Below, piece by piece: positions 63,153 to 64,000 of a stretch of DNA of 64,000 nt. The stretch spans positions 150,412,001-150,476,000 of the forward strand of contig OX597817.1 of NCBI GenBank assembly GCA_951406725.2, written 5' to 3'. Under the pieces are notes generated by a model. It made no database searches. It saw only the letters and a program-made list of their open reading frames with translations, and was not told where the DNA came from. How positions within the stretch are numbered: the first letter of the stretch is position 1; every line of letters starts with the position of its first letter. A program made the translations under genes and the position numbers. Origin of the DNA: Octopus vulgaris. Lineage: Eukaryota.

Positions 63153-63804
63153 TAGTGAGAGGCATATCATAAGGATTTGTGCTTGGTCATTTGTTGCTTG
63201 ATGTATATACTAATGACCAGTTCAAATGACTGATAACAGTGATATATTCCTCTATACATGACACTTTGAGCAAGTGTCTTCTACCATAGCTTCAAGCTGA
63301 CAAAATCCTTGTGAGCAGATTTGGTAGACAGAAACTGAAAGAAGCCTGTTGCATATATATGTTTGTGTGTGTGAGTGGACATCACATGATTGTTGTAAAT
63401 GAATGTCCTCCACTTCTAATATTCTGTGCAAACATGTCTGACCATGGGGAAATATTACTTTGCTTGGAAACAGGTGAGGGTTGGCAATGGAAAGAGTAAG
63501 CAGCCACATACAATCTACCAAGTGGTGAATAACTGGAATGGCCACCAAGAAAGTACAGCAAATTCAAAATTAGACGAAGGGTTTGAAATACAATTGCAAC
63601 AAACCTGAAAGAAAAGAAAAAAAAAAAGGAAAGAGCATAACTATTGTGACTATGGTACTTTTTAGTTATAATCACCCCATTAAAAAATTGGGTTATCTCC
63701 CCTAACTAAAAGATTGATTAACGCTCAATAAAGCAAAAATTAATAAACATGAAAAGTGAAAAGATTAAGCATCTTATTGAATCTGATAATATTTTTATAA
63801 AAAA

Positions 63805-64000
63805 CTAGCTGTATCGCCCGGCGTTGCTCGGGTTTGTAAGGGAAATAACTATATAAGCATTTTTAGAGAGTTACTTCCCTTATAAATTCGGGCTTTCTTA
63901 GCCATTTTTGTTTTGGTGTCTTCAAGCCATGAAGTCGTTGTTCTAAAAGAACGCTGGTTTCCTTCACAACGCTTTACGACGTTGATTTCTTTACACTCCC
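63805..64000 (-). mobile_element. Helitron 3' end running out of the window
   Basis: Minus strand CCCGAGCAACGCCGGGCGATACAGCTAG|T; last 80 bp or so match 32505-32588. Confidence 0.85.

Noticed and set aside
1-64000. Prokaryotic defence or other multi-gene system
   Set aside because: No gene-dense segment, operon or horizontally acquired block; the window is metazoan intronic and intergenic DNA.

Overview
Eukaryotic, AT-rich, repeat-dominated genomic DNA. There is no operon structure and almost all ORF-track entries are spurious. The repeat complement (CORE-type and Nin-type tRNA-SINEs, RTE tails ending in (GAT)n, many (TA)n/(CA)n tracts) resembles a coleoid cephalopod, probably Octopus; this is an inference. 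Host features: a 131-nt minus-strand RS-rich coding exon (804-934) beginning exactly at ATG, resembling the first coding exon of a CLK/LAMMER splicing kinase; a candidate promoter and first exon near 28.1-28.3 kb, which would make about 27 kb of the window one intron; a weaker candidate first exon near 56.9 kb; and one canonical tRNA-His(GUG) gene (58115-58186). Mobile DNA: a nearly full-length RTE LINE with a PHD finger inside its reverse transcriptase, CR1/L2-like, Tx1-like and Penelope-like fragments, Helitrons, a piggyBac left end with related TTAA MITEs, Tc1/mariner, Tigger-like and hAT-like elements. The most notable unexplained structure: several dispersed hammerhead-ribozyme motifs, one SINE head carrying two different LINE-derived tails with both donor LINEs present in the window, and several long fold-back structures. 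All calls were made by eye; repeat boundaries are approximate unless terminal motifs are quoted.
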